A DNA stretch of 64,000 bases, taken from Gemmatimonadota bacterium. GTDB lineage: Bacteria; Gemmatimonadota; Gemmatimonadetes; Longimicrobiales; RSA9. Under the pieces are notes generated by a model. It was not told where the DNA came from, did not search any database, and saw only the letters and a program-made list of their open reading frames with translations. The translations under genes were made by a program, and so were the position numbers. Within the stretch, counting starts at the first letter, position 1. The number at the start of each line of letters is the position of its first letter. The stretch spans positions 31,781 to 95,780 of the forward strand of contig SLCC01000019.1 of the NCBI GenBank assembly GCA_007126035.1, written 5' to 3'. Shown here piece by piece: positions 47,655 to 56,588 of this stretch.

Positions 47655-48304
47655 GCCGCAACAGCGGGGCGCCCATGATCCCCCGGCTCCACGTGGTCAC
47701 CGACGACCGGGTGCTGAGGGCGCCGGGGTTCCCGGACCGGGCGGAGGCCCTGCTCCAGGCCCACGGGTCGAAGCTGGCGCTGCACGTCCGCGGACACGGG
47801 ACCAGCGGCGCCAACATCTTCGCCCTGGCGGACCGCCTGGTGCCCATGGCGGCGGCCACGGGGTCGCTCATTCTGGTGAACGACCGGGTTGACGTGGGCC
47901 TCGCCGTGGCGTGCGGCGCTCAGCTCGGACGACGCTCGCTGCCGGTGGCCGTGGCCAGGCGACTCATGGGTAGGGAGGCTGTCATCGGGTATTCGGCCCA
48001 CGGTGGCGACGAGGCGCGGGCGGCCATGGACGACGGCGCCGATTTCGTACTCCTGGGCACCGTCTGGCCGTCTCCGTCCCACCCGGACGGCGAGACACTG
48101 GGGCCGGACGCGCTCGCCGGACTGGTGCGCTCGTGGGGCGGGGCCACGCCGGTTATCGCCATCGGCGGTGTGACACCGGCCCGGGCGGCGGAGACGCTGA
48201 GGGCGGGAGCGCACGGCGTGGCCGTGCTCAGCGGCGTCTGGTCCGCCGGGGAGCCGGAGCGGGCGGCAGAGATGTACCTGAACGCCATGGAAGAGGTGGG
48301 ATGA
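47651..48304 (+). CDS. thiE: thiamine-phosphate synthase
   Basis: RLHVVTDD..., AIGGVTPARA. GTG 47651 overlaps the fmt stop (GTGA). ATG 47675 is the alternative start. Confidence 0.8.
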   Translation: MSRNSGAPMIPRLHVVTDDRVLRAPGFPDRAEALLQAHGSKLALHVRGHGTSGANIFALADRLVPMAAATGSLILVNDRVDVGLAVACGAQLGRRSLPVAVARRLMGREAVIGYSAHGGDEARAAMDDGADFVLLGTVWPSPSHPDGETLGPDALAGLVRSWGGATPVIAIGGVTPARAAETLRAGAHGVAVLSGVWSAGEPERAAEMYLNAMEEVG

Positions 48305-48516
48305 GCGAGAAGACGATCACTGTCACCGTGAACGGAGACGACCGGCAGATCCCGTCGGATATGACGGTGACGGAGTTCCTCGAGTCCCTGGACCTGCACC
48401 CGGGCCTGGTGGTGGTGGAGCGGAACCGGGAGATCCTGGACCGGGACCGCTACGGCGACGTCACCATCCAGGAGGGCGACGTGCTGGAGCTGGTGCATTT
48501 CGTCGGGGGCGGGTGA
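48301..48516 (+). CDS. thiS: sulfur carrier protein ThiS
   Basis: 71 aa ending ...VLELVHFVGGG (C-terminal GG). The ATG overlaps the thiE stop (ATGA). Confidence 0.8.
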   Translation: MSEKTITVTVNGDDRQIPSDMTVTEFLESLDLHPGLVVVERNREILDRDRYGDVTIQEGDVLELVHFVGGG

Positions 48517-48599
48517 GGAGCGGGCTGGACTTGCAAAGGTGCAGGCGATGGGCGCGCTCGCCGCTCGTCGGTGCCTGAGATGAATCTGAGATAGACGAG

Positions 48600-49409
48600 G
48601 TGGACATGACTACTGACTCAAAGGTGCCGGCAGTGGCGGACGAACCGCTGGTGATCGGTGGGCGGCAATTCCAATCGCGCTTGATCGTGGGGACGGGCAA
48701 GTACGCGTCGAACCAGGAGATGGTGGAGACCATCGAGGCCTCCGGCGCCGATACGGTGACCGTCGCCGTGCGTCGTATCGACCTGGACCGGACCAAGGAG
48801 GAGGGGATCCTGTACCACCTGGACCCGGATCGCTACTTCCTCCTGCCCAACACCGCTGGCTGCTACACCGCCGATGAGGCCATCCGCTACGCCCGGCTGG
48901 CCCGGGCGGCGGGGATGAGCGAGTTCGTCAAGCTCGAGGTGATAGGCGACGAGCGGACCCTCCTGCCCGACGTCCAGGGCACCATCGAGGCGGCCAGGGT
49001 GCTCATCGATGAGGGCTTCAAGGTGCTGGCCTACACCAACGAGGATGTGGTCGTCGCGCTGAGGCTCGAGGAGCTGGGCTGCTCCGCTGTGATGCCTCTG
49101 GCCAGCCCCATCGGCAGCGGCCTGGGCCTGGTGAATCCCTACTACGTGCGGGAGATCAAGAGCCGACTCCAGGTGCCGGTCATCGTGGACGCCGGCGTGG
49201 GGACCGCCTCTGACGCCTGCATCACCATGGAGCAGGGTGTGGACGGGGTCCTCATGAACACGGCGCTGGCCGCGGCGGACAGGCCAGCCGCGATGGGGCG
49301 GGCCATGAGGCTGGCCGTCGAGGCCGGCCGGCTCGCGTACCTGGCGGGCCGGATGCCGAAGCGGGAGTGGGCGGTGCCGTCGTCCCCGACTGCGGGGCTA
49401 CTGGAGTAG
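48600..49409 (+). CDS. thiG: thiazole synthase
   Basis: LVIGGRQFQSRLIVGTGKY, and VMPLASPIGSGLG. Confidence 0.9.
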   Translation: MDMTTDSKVPAVADEPLVIGGRQFQSRLIVGTGKYASNQEMVETIEASGADTVTVAVRRIDLDRTKEEGILYHLDPDRYFLLPNTAGCYTADEAIRYARLARAAGMSEFVKLEVIGDERTLLPDVQGTIEAARVLIDEGFKVLAYTNEDVVVALRLEELGCSAVMPLASPIGSGLGLVNPYYVREIKSRLQVPVIVDAGVGTASDACITMEQGVDGVLMNTALAAADRPAAMGRAMRLAVEAGRLAYLAGRMPKREWAVPSSPTAGLLE

Positions 49410-49442
49410 GGGTCGGCCTGGCGGCCTCCCAGGAGGGCGGGG

Positions 49443-50291
49443 TCACGGTTTTTGGGCGCATACGCCCAGTGCCTGGGGCTCTCTGCGGACCTGGGTGAAT
49501 CCGGTGTTGGCCAGCCTCTGGGCCACGCGGCCGGGGAGGTCTTGGCGGCGGTGTCGGCTGCCTGGGTCGCCGGTGTAGTGGAAGAGACGGCCGCCGCGGC
49601 GGAGCACGCGGTGGAGCTGGCGGTAGAAATCGTCGCTGTAGAGCTCGCCGGCTATGGCCAGGGTCGGCGGGTCGTGGATGATGGCGTCGAAGGACTGGCC
49701 GGGCAGGTGGTGGATCGCTTCGGCCACGTCCTCGTTCCGGACCTCGATGGGGCTGTCTTCCTCGAACAGGGGTGCCGAGTAGGGGTTCAGTCGCGCCATC
49801 CGCAGGACGTCGGGGTCGATCTCGAACACGGTGACGTGGTCGGCGGTGCGGGCGGCGTGGACGGCCGAGTAGCCCAGGCCGCAGCAGGTCTCGAGCACGC
49901 GGCCGCGAACCGGGGCGATGGCTTCGATCTTGGACCGGGCGTCGGCCTCGGGGTCGGTCTCCTTGATGCGGTGCATGAGGATGCCGGAGATCTCCAGCGC
50001 CGGCCAGCCGTCGGTGGCGCGGAGCGTGTAGACCTTGTTGGTCTCGGGGGAGAACCAGGTCACCTTCTCGAGCTGGTCCTCGAGCACAGCGTACACCGAC
50101 TCCGGGTGGTCCACCGCCTCCTGTAGCTGACTGGCGGTCAGGCTCTGGCCGTCGGGGAATCTGACGATCTGGTCTTCCAGCGCCACGGTGGCGGTGCTCC
50201 GGCCCAGGTCCAGGGAAACGTCCGCGGTGGTGGCACCGGCGTCCATGGCCGAGAAGATCGCCAGGGCAGCGGGTCGGGATAGCAGGATCAT
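49443..50291 (-). CDS. class I SAM-dependent methyltransferase (possibly COG2521-like)
   Basis: SAM-binding VLETCCGLGYSAV and the catalytic-type IIHDPPT motif. Start MILLSRP at 50291 overlaps the cdd stop (ATGA). Substrate unknown. Confidence 0.6.
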   Translation of the reverse strand: MILLSRPAALAIFSAMDAGATTADVSLDLGRSTATVALEDQIVRFPDGQSLTASQLQEAVDHPESVYAVLEDQLEKVTWFSPETNKVYTLRATDGWPALEISGILMHRIKETDPEADARSKIEAIAPVRGRVLETCCGLGYSAVHAARTADHVTVFEIDPDVLRMARLNPYSAPLFEEDSPIEVRNEDVAEAIHHLPGQSFDAIIHDPPTLAIAGELYSDDFYRQLHRVLRRGGRLFHYTGDPGSRHRRQDLPGRVAQRLANTGFTQVRREPQALGVCAQKP

Positions 50292-50737
50292 CGGGAGAGC
50301 ACGTGGAAGGGTAGCGGCAGGAGCTCGTCGATGCTGGCAATGGTCACCTGCTCGGTGCCGGCGGTGGCCATTACCACGCGGGTCCGGGTGCCGGTGACGG
50401 CGGCCATCTCGTGGAGCACCTGTCGGCACGCGCCGCATGGCGCCACGACCTGACCCACGCCCAGGATGGCGCCGGTAGCGGCGATGGCGATATCCGTGAA
50501 GGCCCGCGCGCCGGTGGCGTTCGCCCGGCCCACTGCCATCCGTTCCGCGCAGATCGTGGAGCCGTAGGCGGCGTTCTCCACGTTGGCGGCGGTCACCACG
50601 TGGCCGTCGCGGGTGCGTATGGCCGCGCCCACCTGGACGCCGGAATAGGGCGCGTATGCGTCGGCGCTGGCATCGCGGGCGGCAGCGAGTAGTTGCCGGT
50701 CCTGGTCTGACATGTCGCGGTAAGGCAGCGTTTCCAC
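50288..50737 (-). CDS. cdd: cytidine deaminase
   Basis: Zinc motifs CAERMA and PCGACRQVLHEM. Confidence 0.85.
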   Translation of the reverse strand: METLPYRDMSDQDRQLLAAARDASADAYAPYSGVQVGAAIRTRDGHVVTAANVENAAYGSTICAERMAVGRANATGARAFTDIAIAATGAILGVGQVVAPCGACRQVLHEMAAVTGTRTRVVMATAGTEQVTIASIDELLPLPFHVLSR

Positions 50738-50888
50738 CTGGATTGACCTTTCTCGTGGGTTTCCCCGTCCCCTGCTCTCATACTATCATTCTTTGGCTGA
50801 ACAGGGAGCGGAAGGCACTGGTCGGGGTGAGCGTGCACGGAATGGCGGTTCAAGCGGGTCGATCGATCGGGAGGGGAGGCAAGTAGAG

Positions 50889-51623
50889 ATGCTTGGCGAC
50901 TCGATCCGACGTCGTCGTGGGCCGCCTGGTCGGCCGGCGCCCCGGAAGGGCTCGGGCGGCGGTGGGCCAGCGGACGAGCCGGGTGCGAGGCCGGCGAAGA
51001 AGGCGGGGCGCGCTCGTGGCACCGGTCGCTGGGATGAGGCCCGGAAATGGGCTCTCTGGGCCGCCATCGCGGTGGGCGTGCTGTTCTTCGGCTTCGGCGC
51101 CGGCTATCTGCTTGCGACCCGTGTCTTCTTCCCGCCGCCGGAGACGGCGGGCGTGGGCGTGTCGGTGCCGTCACTCTACGGGCTTGACCGGGGCGACGCT
51201 GAGCGATCGCTGCGGGAGGTGGGGCTCGCTGCCGGTGACGTGACCGAGGTGGAGAACGCCCGGGTCCGGGCTGGTCAGGTGGTGGCACAGGAGCCACTGC
51301 CCGAGCAGCAGTTGCGGCCCGGTGCCCAGGTCTCCTTCGCTGTCAGCATGGGCCCGCCGGAAGCGCGGGTGCCGCCTGTGGCGGGGTTGGGCCGGGAGAC
51401 GGCCCTGCTGCTTCTGGGGACCGCCGGCTTCGACGTGACGGTGCAGGAGCTGCACGACCGGGACGTGCCGCCGGGTCGGGTGCTTGGGACGGAGCCGGGC
51501 GCGGGCGCCACGGCTCATCTGCCGGCCGCCGTGGCACTGGTCGTGAGTCTTGGGCCGGAGGAAGTGGTCGAGCCGGTCGACACGGTGCCACCGGATGAGC
51601 CGGTACCGCCGGTATGGCCTTGA
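50889..51623 (+). CDS. membrane-anchored protein with two PASTA domains and no kinase or PBP domain
   Basis: Arg/Gly-rich cytoplasmic N-terminus, TM WALWAAIAVGVLFFGFGAGYLLA, then two PASTA-like units (VPSLYGLDRGDAERSLREVGL...VSFAVSMGP and VPPVAGLGRETALLLLGTAGF...VALVVSLGP). Confidence 0.65.
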   Translation: MLGDSIRRRRGPPGRPAPRKGSGGGGPADEPGARPAKKAGRARGTGRWDEARKWALWAAIAVGVLFFGFGAGYLLATRVFFPPPETAGVGVSVPSLYGLDRGDAERSLREVGLAAGDVTEVENARVRAGQVVAQEPLPEQQLRPGAQVSFAVSMGPPEARVPPVAGLGRETALLLLGTAGFDVTVQELHDRDVPPGRVLGTEPGAGATAHLPAAVALVVSLGPEEVVEPVDTVPPDEPVPPVWP

Positions 51624-51704
51624 GTGGCAGGAGCGTGCCGAGCCGCGGATGGAGCAGTCGCCGGGAAATGAACCACAGGACAGAGTGGGTGTTGGGGAAC
51701 CGAC

Positions 51705-52439
51705 GTGCCTAGCCGAATCTCCCGCGGGTTGACAGAAAATTGGGCCTTGAAGCTGGCGGCTCTCTCGCTGGCGGTCCTGCTCTGGCTGGCGGTACGGGCA
51801 GGGACACCGGAGGTCACCACGTTCCGTAACATCCCGGTCCAGGTCGATCTTCGGGATCCGGACTGGCGGCTGGCCGAGCCGCCGGACCCGGCCAGGGTCA
51901 ACGTGACGGTGCGAGGCACCACCGGTGAGCTGCTGGCCCTGGCGTCGGAGCCGCCGCGCATAGTCCTGCTGGTGGACCGGGTGGCGGACACGGTGGAGAC
52001 GCAGGTCCTGCCGCTCCAGTGGGTGCAGCTGCCGCCGGATGTTCGGCAGGCCAGGGTGCTGTCCCTGCGGCCGGACACGATTCGCCTCCGCTACGAGAGG
52101 CTGGCCACCATGTCGCTACCCGTCCGGATCCGACTCAGGGGGGAGCTGCCCGAGGGCTTCGAGCTGGCGGATCCGCCCGCCGCCACGCCTGCCACGGTGC
52201 AGGTCCGTGGTCCTGCCAGGGAGGTCGAGCTGATGGATTCCGTGCCTCTGGTGCCAGTAAACGTTTCCGGCCTCCGTTCGACTACCCATGTGCTCACCAT
52301 GGTGGACACAGCGGCGCTGGGCACCGCGCGGGCGATCCCATCCGAGGTGAACGTGATCGTGCGGGTCGCACCCGTCGAGCCGGTCGAGCCCGAGCCGGAG
52401 GCCCAGCTCTCGCGCCGTCGCCCCGGTCTCCGCTTCTGA
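51705..52439 (+). CDS. YbbR-domain (CdaR-like) protein
   Basis: N-terminal anchor NWALKLAALSLAVLLWLAV, then repeated YbbR-like units (FRNIPVQV..., LPVRIRLRGELPEGFEL...VQVRGP). Confidence 0.65.
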   Translation: MPSRISRGLTENWALKLAALSLAVLLWLAVRAGTPEVTTFRNIPVQVDLRDPDWRLAEPPDPARVNVTVRGTTGELLALASEPPRIVLLVDRVADTVETQVLPLQWVQLPPDVRQARVLSLRPDTIRLRYERLATMSLPVRIRLRGELPEGFELADPPAATPATVQVRGPAREVELMDSVPLVPVNVSGLRSTTHVLTMVDTAALGTARAIPSEVNVIVRVAPVEPVEPEPEAQLSRRRPGLRF

Positions 52440-53503
52440 TGTGGACGCCGTTCGGTGGCGCCGTGCTGGGGATAGAGACGTCGTGCGACGAGACGTCCGC
52501 TGCCGTGCTCGTGGGCCACGAGCTGAAGGGACACGTGATCCTGTCCCAGGATGAGCACAAGGTCTTTGCCGGGGTGGTCCCGGAGCTTGCCGCCCGGGCA
52601 CATCTGAGGGTCCTCGACCGTGTGGTTCGGGCGGCGCTGGACGAGGCGGAGCTACGGCCGCATGACGTGGATCTGTACGGTGTGACCGCCGGGCCCGGTC
52701 TGATCGGGGCGCTGCTGGTGGGTGTGGCCTGGGCCAAGGCCGCTGCCTGGGCGGCGGGTCGGCCCCTGGTCGGGGTGCACCACATGGAGGCGCACCTCTT
52801 CGCCGCCAGCCTGGAGGATCCGGAGGCGGTACCGCCGTTCGTCGCGCTTCTGGTGTCGGGTGGCCACACCATGCTCTTGTGGGTCCCGGAATGGGGCCGC
52901 TACGAGCTGCTGGGCGAGACCCGGGATGACGCTGCGGGGGAGGCCTTCGACAAGGTGGGCCGGCTCCTGGGGCTGGACTATCCTGGCGGTCCGGAGATCG
53001 AGCGGGCGGCGCGTTCCACCGAGGGCGATCCGCACCGCTTCCCCCGACCCATGCTGCACCGGACCCAGGGACCGGATGACCCTGACTACTACGCCTTCTC
53101 GTTCAGCGGGCTCAAGACCGCGGTTCGGAACCGGGTCGAGCAGCTCGAGGCCGAGGGGAGACTCGGGGCGGAGCGGGCGGCCGTGGCCCGGTCGTTCCAG
53201 CTGGCGGTGGTCGAGGTCCTGGTGGAGAAGACGCTGCGGGCCGTGGCGGCGAAGGACTGCCCACGGGTACTGATCGGGGGCGGAGTAGCCGCCAGCAGGG
53301 CGCTCCGCGCTGCCCTGGCCCGTAGGCTCAGGCCGGACGGTCGCCTGTTCCATCCCAGTCCGCGCATGGCGACCGACAATGGCGCCATGATCGCCTGCAC
53401 CGCAGCTTTCCGCTACTCCAGGGGCGAGACGGCCAGCCTGGACCTTACCGCCCGGGCAGATATGCCGTTCCCGGGACTCCTGCGCAACGGGACCCGTTCA
53501 TGA
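52439..53503 (+). CDS. tsaD: tRNA N6-adenosine threonylcarbamoyltransferase
   Basis: LGIETSCDETSAAV and GVHHMEAHL. The ATG overlaps the upstream stop (TGATG). The track ORF 52019.. over-extends. Confidence 0.9.
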   Translation: MWTPFGGAVLGIETSCDETSAAVLVGHELKGHVILSQDEHKVFAGVVPELAARAHLRVLDRVVRAALDEAELRPHDVDLYGVTAGPGLIGALLVGVAWAKAAAWAAGRPLVGVHHMEAHLFAASLEDPEAVPPFVALLVSGGHTMLLWVPEWGRYELLGETRDDAAGEAFDKVGRLLGLDYPGGPEIERAARSTEGDPHRFPRPMLHRTQGPDDPDYYAFSFSGLKTAVRNRVEQLEAEGRLGAERAAVARSFQLAVVEVLVEKTLRAVAAKDCPRVLIGGGVAASRALRAALARRLRPDGRLFHPSPRMATDNGAMIACTAAFRYSRGETASLDLTARADMPFPGLLRNGTRS

Positions 53504-54366
53504 TCACGATCCTGCACGTTTCCGACCTGCACTTCGGTCCGCCCTATGTCCCGCGTGTCGGTGAGGCCCTGCGATCCGCGGCGGAGACGATCGAGCCGGA
53601 CGTCATCGTGGCCAGCGGCGACTTCACCCAGCGGGCCAGGGAGGAGCAGTTCGCCCAGGCGCGGGAGTACCTGGACAGCTTGCCCGAGGCGCCGGTGCTC
53701 GTGGTGCCGGGCAACCACGATGTGCCGCTCTACCGCATCTTCGAGAGGATCACCAACCCCTACCGCTGGTACCGGCGCCACATCAACGAGGAGCTGGACT
53801 ATTCGTTCCGCATGGACGGCGCGTTCTTCGTCATGCTCAACTCCACGGCACCGCTGCGGGCCATTACCAATGGGCGGATCAGCGGGGACCAGGTCGAGTT
53901 CGCGCGGCGGGCGTTCGACCAGGCGGATCCGGACGACCTGAAGGTGGTGGTGGCACACCACCACTTCGCACCGGCACCGGACTACGAGGGGGGTGAGGTG
54001 ATGCCCCGGGCCAAGCGCGCCATCGACGTGTTCAGCGACCTCGAGGTGGACCTGATCCTGGGCGGTCACCTGCACCGTGCCTACATCGGGAACTCACTGG
54101 ACCTCTACCCCGGTCTGGACCGGATCCATGGCATAACCATCGTCCAGAGCGGCACCTCAACGTCTCGCCGGGGCAGGGCGAGGGAACGGGAGAAGAACTC
54201 ATTCAACCTGATCCGTGTAAGTGATGAGGTGATCCGGATCACCCATTACATGTATTTCGATGATGCTGGAGGGTTCGCGTCGGTGAGTCGGCACATTTTT
54301 CCTCGCAGTCCCGTGTCCTTTTTCCGGGACACGGTGACGCTCGACCTGATGGGCGGAGGCTCGTGA
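53500..54366 (+). CDS. calcineurin-like metallophosphoesterase
   Basis: ILHVSDLHFG, GDFTQ, VVPGNHD and GGHLH motifs. Confidence 0.75.
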   Translation: MITILHVSDLHFGPPYVPRVGEALRSAAETIEPDVIVASGDFTQRAREEQFAQAREYLDSLPEAPVLVVPGNHDVPLYRIFERITNPYRWYRRHINEELDYSFRMDGAFFVMLNSTAPLRAITNGRISGDQVEFARRAFDQADPDDLKVVVAHHHFAPAPDYEGGEVMPRAKRAIDVFSDLEVDLILGGHLHRAYIGNSLDLYPGLDRIHGITIVQSGTSTSRRGRAREREKNSFNLIRVSDEVIRITHYMYFDDAGGFASVSRHIFPRSPVSFFRDTVTLDLMGGGS

Positions 54367-56588
54367 AGCGACCACTACTGGCGGCGCTGATCGCTGCGTC
54401 ACTGGCCGTCACGCTGGCGGGCCCCCTGGCCGCCCAGCGGACGGAGGTGGTGGAGCTGCGGTTCGAGGGGGCGAGGTCGGTGCCACAGGCGGACCTGATG
54501 GCGGCCATCATGACCAGCCAGACTCGTTGTCCCAACCTCCTCTACGAGCTGGTGTGCTGGGCCGGGATCGGCCGTGAGCCGGCGTACCTGGAGCCGGGCG
54601 CCCTGGAGTCGGACGCGCTCCGGCTCCGGGTGCTGTACCACGAGCGAGGGTACCGGCAGGCCGTGGTGCAGTTGGACACTGCCAGCACCGGCAACGGGGT
54701 GCGGGTTACGTTCCGGATCCAGGAGGGCAGGCCGATCCGGGTGAGTGAGCTGGACGTGCAGGGGATGCCAGAGAACGTGCCGGTGGTCCCGCTGCCCATC
54801 CGGGTCGGGTCGGCTTTCGATATCCTGGCCTACGAGGCGGGACGAGACACACTCCTGGCCCGGCTCCGGAACAACGGTTATGCCCGTGCCCAGGTCCTCC
54901 TGGGCTACGATATCAGTCGCGACGAGCCGCTGGCGGCCCGCGTCCGGTACGACGTGGTTCCCGGCGATCCCATGAGCTTCGGTGAGATCCGCGTGACGGG
55001 CAACCAGAAGGCGAGCCCGGAGCTGGTCCAGCGGATGCTCACGTTCCGGGAGACGGGTCGCTATGACCGCAGCGCGCTGCTGGAGAGTCAGCGCAACCTG
55101 TACGGCCTCCAGATCTTCCGGCACGTGGAGGTACGGGCGGAGCTGGACGAGGAAGCGAACCAGGCCATCCCCATAACCGTCCAGGTGGCGGAGGGCAACA
55201 TGAGGCGCGTCCGCCTGGGGGGTGGCGTGAGCAACGCCGAGTGCGGCAACGTGGAGGGCAGGTGGCTGAACCGGAACTTCCTGGGCGACGGCCGCCGGCT
55301 CGAGCTGCGGGGCCAGGTGGGCAACCTGTTCATGGACCAGTGCCAGGACCTGCCGATCCTGCGCACCGACTACACGCCCTACGACCGCCTGACGGGCCTG
55401 GCGTCCGCCGAGTTCACCCGGCCCTGGCTCTTCGGCCCCCGGAATACCCTTGGCCTGGGTGTCTTCGCCGAGCGACGGAGCGTCCCCGAGGTGTTCGTCC
55501 GTACGGCCACCGGCGGTCACGTCTCCGTGGCTCGGAGCCTGGGCCAGAGCACGGGTCTGGCTCTGTCATACCGGCCCGAATGGACCCGGCTGGGGGCGGA
55601 AGGGGACCTCTTCTTCTGCGTCAATTTCATCGCCTGCGCGTACGAGGACACCAGGCTGCTCAGGGAGCCACACTGGCTGGCGCCGGTGGCGCTGACGTTC
55701 TCGACGGACCGCTCCGACGACCTCTTCACCCCCAGCTCCGGCTACGTGCTCCGGACGGACCTGGAGCACGCTGGCGGCTACACCGGCTCGACCTTCGCCT
55801 ACACCCGCCTGACCGGCGAGGCGAGCACCTACACGGGCGACGGCGGCGGCACCGTGCTCGCCGCCCGGCTCCGCGGCGGCGCCGTCTGGCCCCACGGTGC
55901 CGAGGCGTCCGGGACGATACGGGTCAACCCCCAGAAGCGCTTCTTCGCCGGGGGGCCAAACAGCGTGCGGGGCTACGATCAGTACCGGCTGGGGCCGACG
56001 GTCCTGGGCATCAACGCCGTCCCCTGGCTGGTGGCGCCCGGGGATCCGGAGGCCGGCGGCTTCGATGGGGCCGGCTGCAGCGAGGCGGCGATCAACGATG
56101 GCTCCTGCGACGTGAGCATGCTGAGCGAGACGCTCTTCCAGCGTCGTCCAGTGGGCGGCGAGGTGCTGCTGGAGGGGAACGTGGAGCTCCGGTTCCCGCT
56201 GCCCCTGGCCGGTGGTCAGGTGCACGGGGCGGCTTTCCTGGACGTGGGCCAGGTATGGCCCACGATGAGTGACCTCTCCCTCATTGACCTGGTGGCCACA
56301 CCCGGAGTGGGTGTCAGGTATTACAGCCCCATCGGGCCCATCCGGGTGGATGCCGGCTTCGATACCCGGGGCCCCCGGAGCCTGAGGGTACTGACCACCG
56401 GCGTGGAGGAATGCGCTGCCAACGGACCCGACTGCTACGAGGTCGGCGGCAGGTTCCTCCGTAACACGGGCGACATCGTGGTACTGGACCAGGCCGTGAC
56501 CTTCGGCAGCGGACTCGGCAACATGTCGTCCCTCGGCGACTTCTTCCGCCGCTTTCGGCTCCACTTCTCCATAGGCCAGCCGTTCTGA
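54363..56588 (+). CDS. tamA: Omp85-family outer-membrane protein (POTRA plus surface-antigen barrel), TamA-like
   Basis: Signal MKRPLLAALIAASLAVTLAGPLAA, POTRA-like repeats, C-terminal barrel ending ...FRLHFSIGQPF. Adjacent to a TamB-like gene. Confidence 0.75.
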   Translation: MKRPLLAALIAASLAVTLAGPLAAQRTEVVELRFEGARSVPQADLMAAIMTSQTRCPNLLYELVCWAGIGREPAYLEPGALESDALRLRVLYHERGYRQAVVQLDTASTGNGVRVTFRIQEGRPIRVSELDVQGMPENVPVVPLPIRVGSAFDILAYEAGRDTLLARLRNNGYARAQVLLGYDISRDEPLAARVRYDVVPGDPMSFGEIRVTGNQKASPELVQRMLTFRETGRYDRSALLESQRNLYGLQIFRHVEVRAELDEEANQAIPITVQVAEGNMRRVRLGGGVSNAECGNVEGRWLNRNFLGDGRRLELRGQVGNLFMDQCQDLPILRTDYTPYDRLTGLASAEFTRPWLFGPRNTLGLGVFAERRSVPEVFVRTATGGHVSVARSLGQSTGLALSYRPEWTRLGAEGDLFFCVNFIACAYEDTRLLREPHWLAPVALTFSTDRSDDLFTPSSGYVLRTDLEHAGGYTGSTFAYTRLTGEASTYTGDGGGTVLAARLRGGAVWPHGAEASGTIRVNPQKRFFAGGPNSVRGYDQYRLGPTVLGINAVPWLVAPGDPEAGGFDGAGCSEAAINDGSCDVSMLSETLFQRRPVGGEVLLEGNVELRFPLPLAGGQVHGAAFLDVGQVWPTMSDLSLIDLVATPGVGVRYYSPIGPIRVDAGFDTRGPRSLRVLTTGVEECAANGPDCYEVGGRFLRNTGDIVVLDQAVTFGSGLGNMSSLGDFFRRFRLHFSIGQPF

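Noticed and set aside
48517-48599. TPP riboswitch in the thiS-thiG spacer (two CTGAGA motifs, GGTGCCTGAGA)
   Set aside because: The spacer is only 83 nt and lacks the conserved ACCTGATCTGGATAATGCCAGCG-like arm and the closing P1. I cannot confirm this without a covariance-model search.
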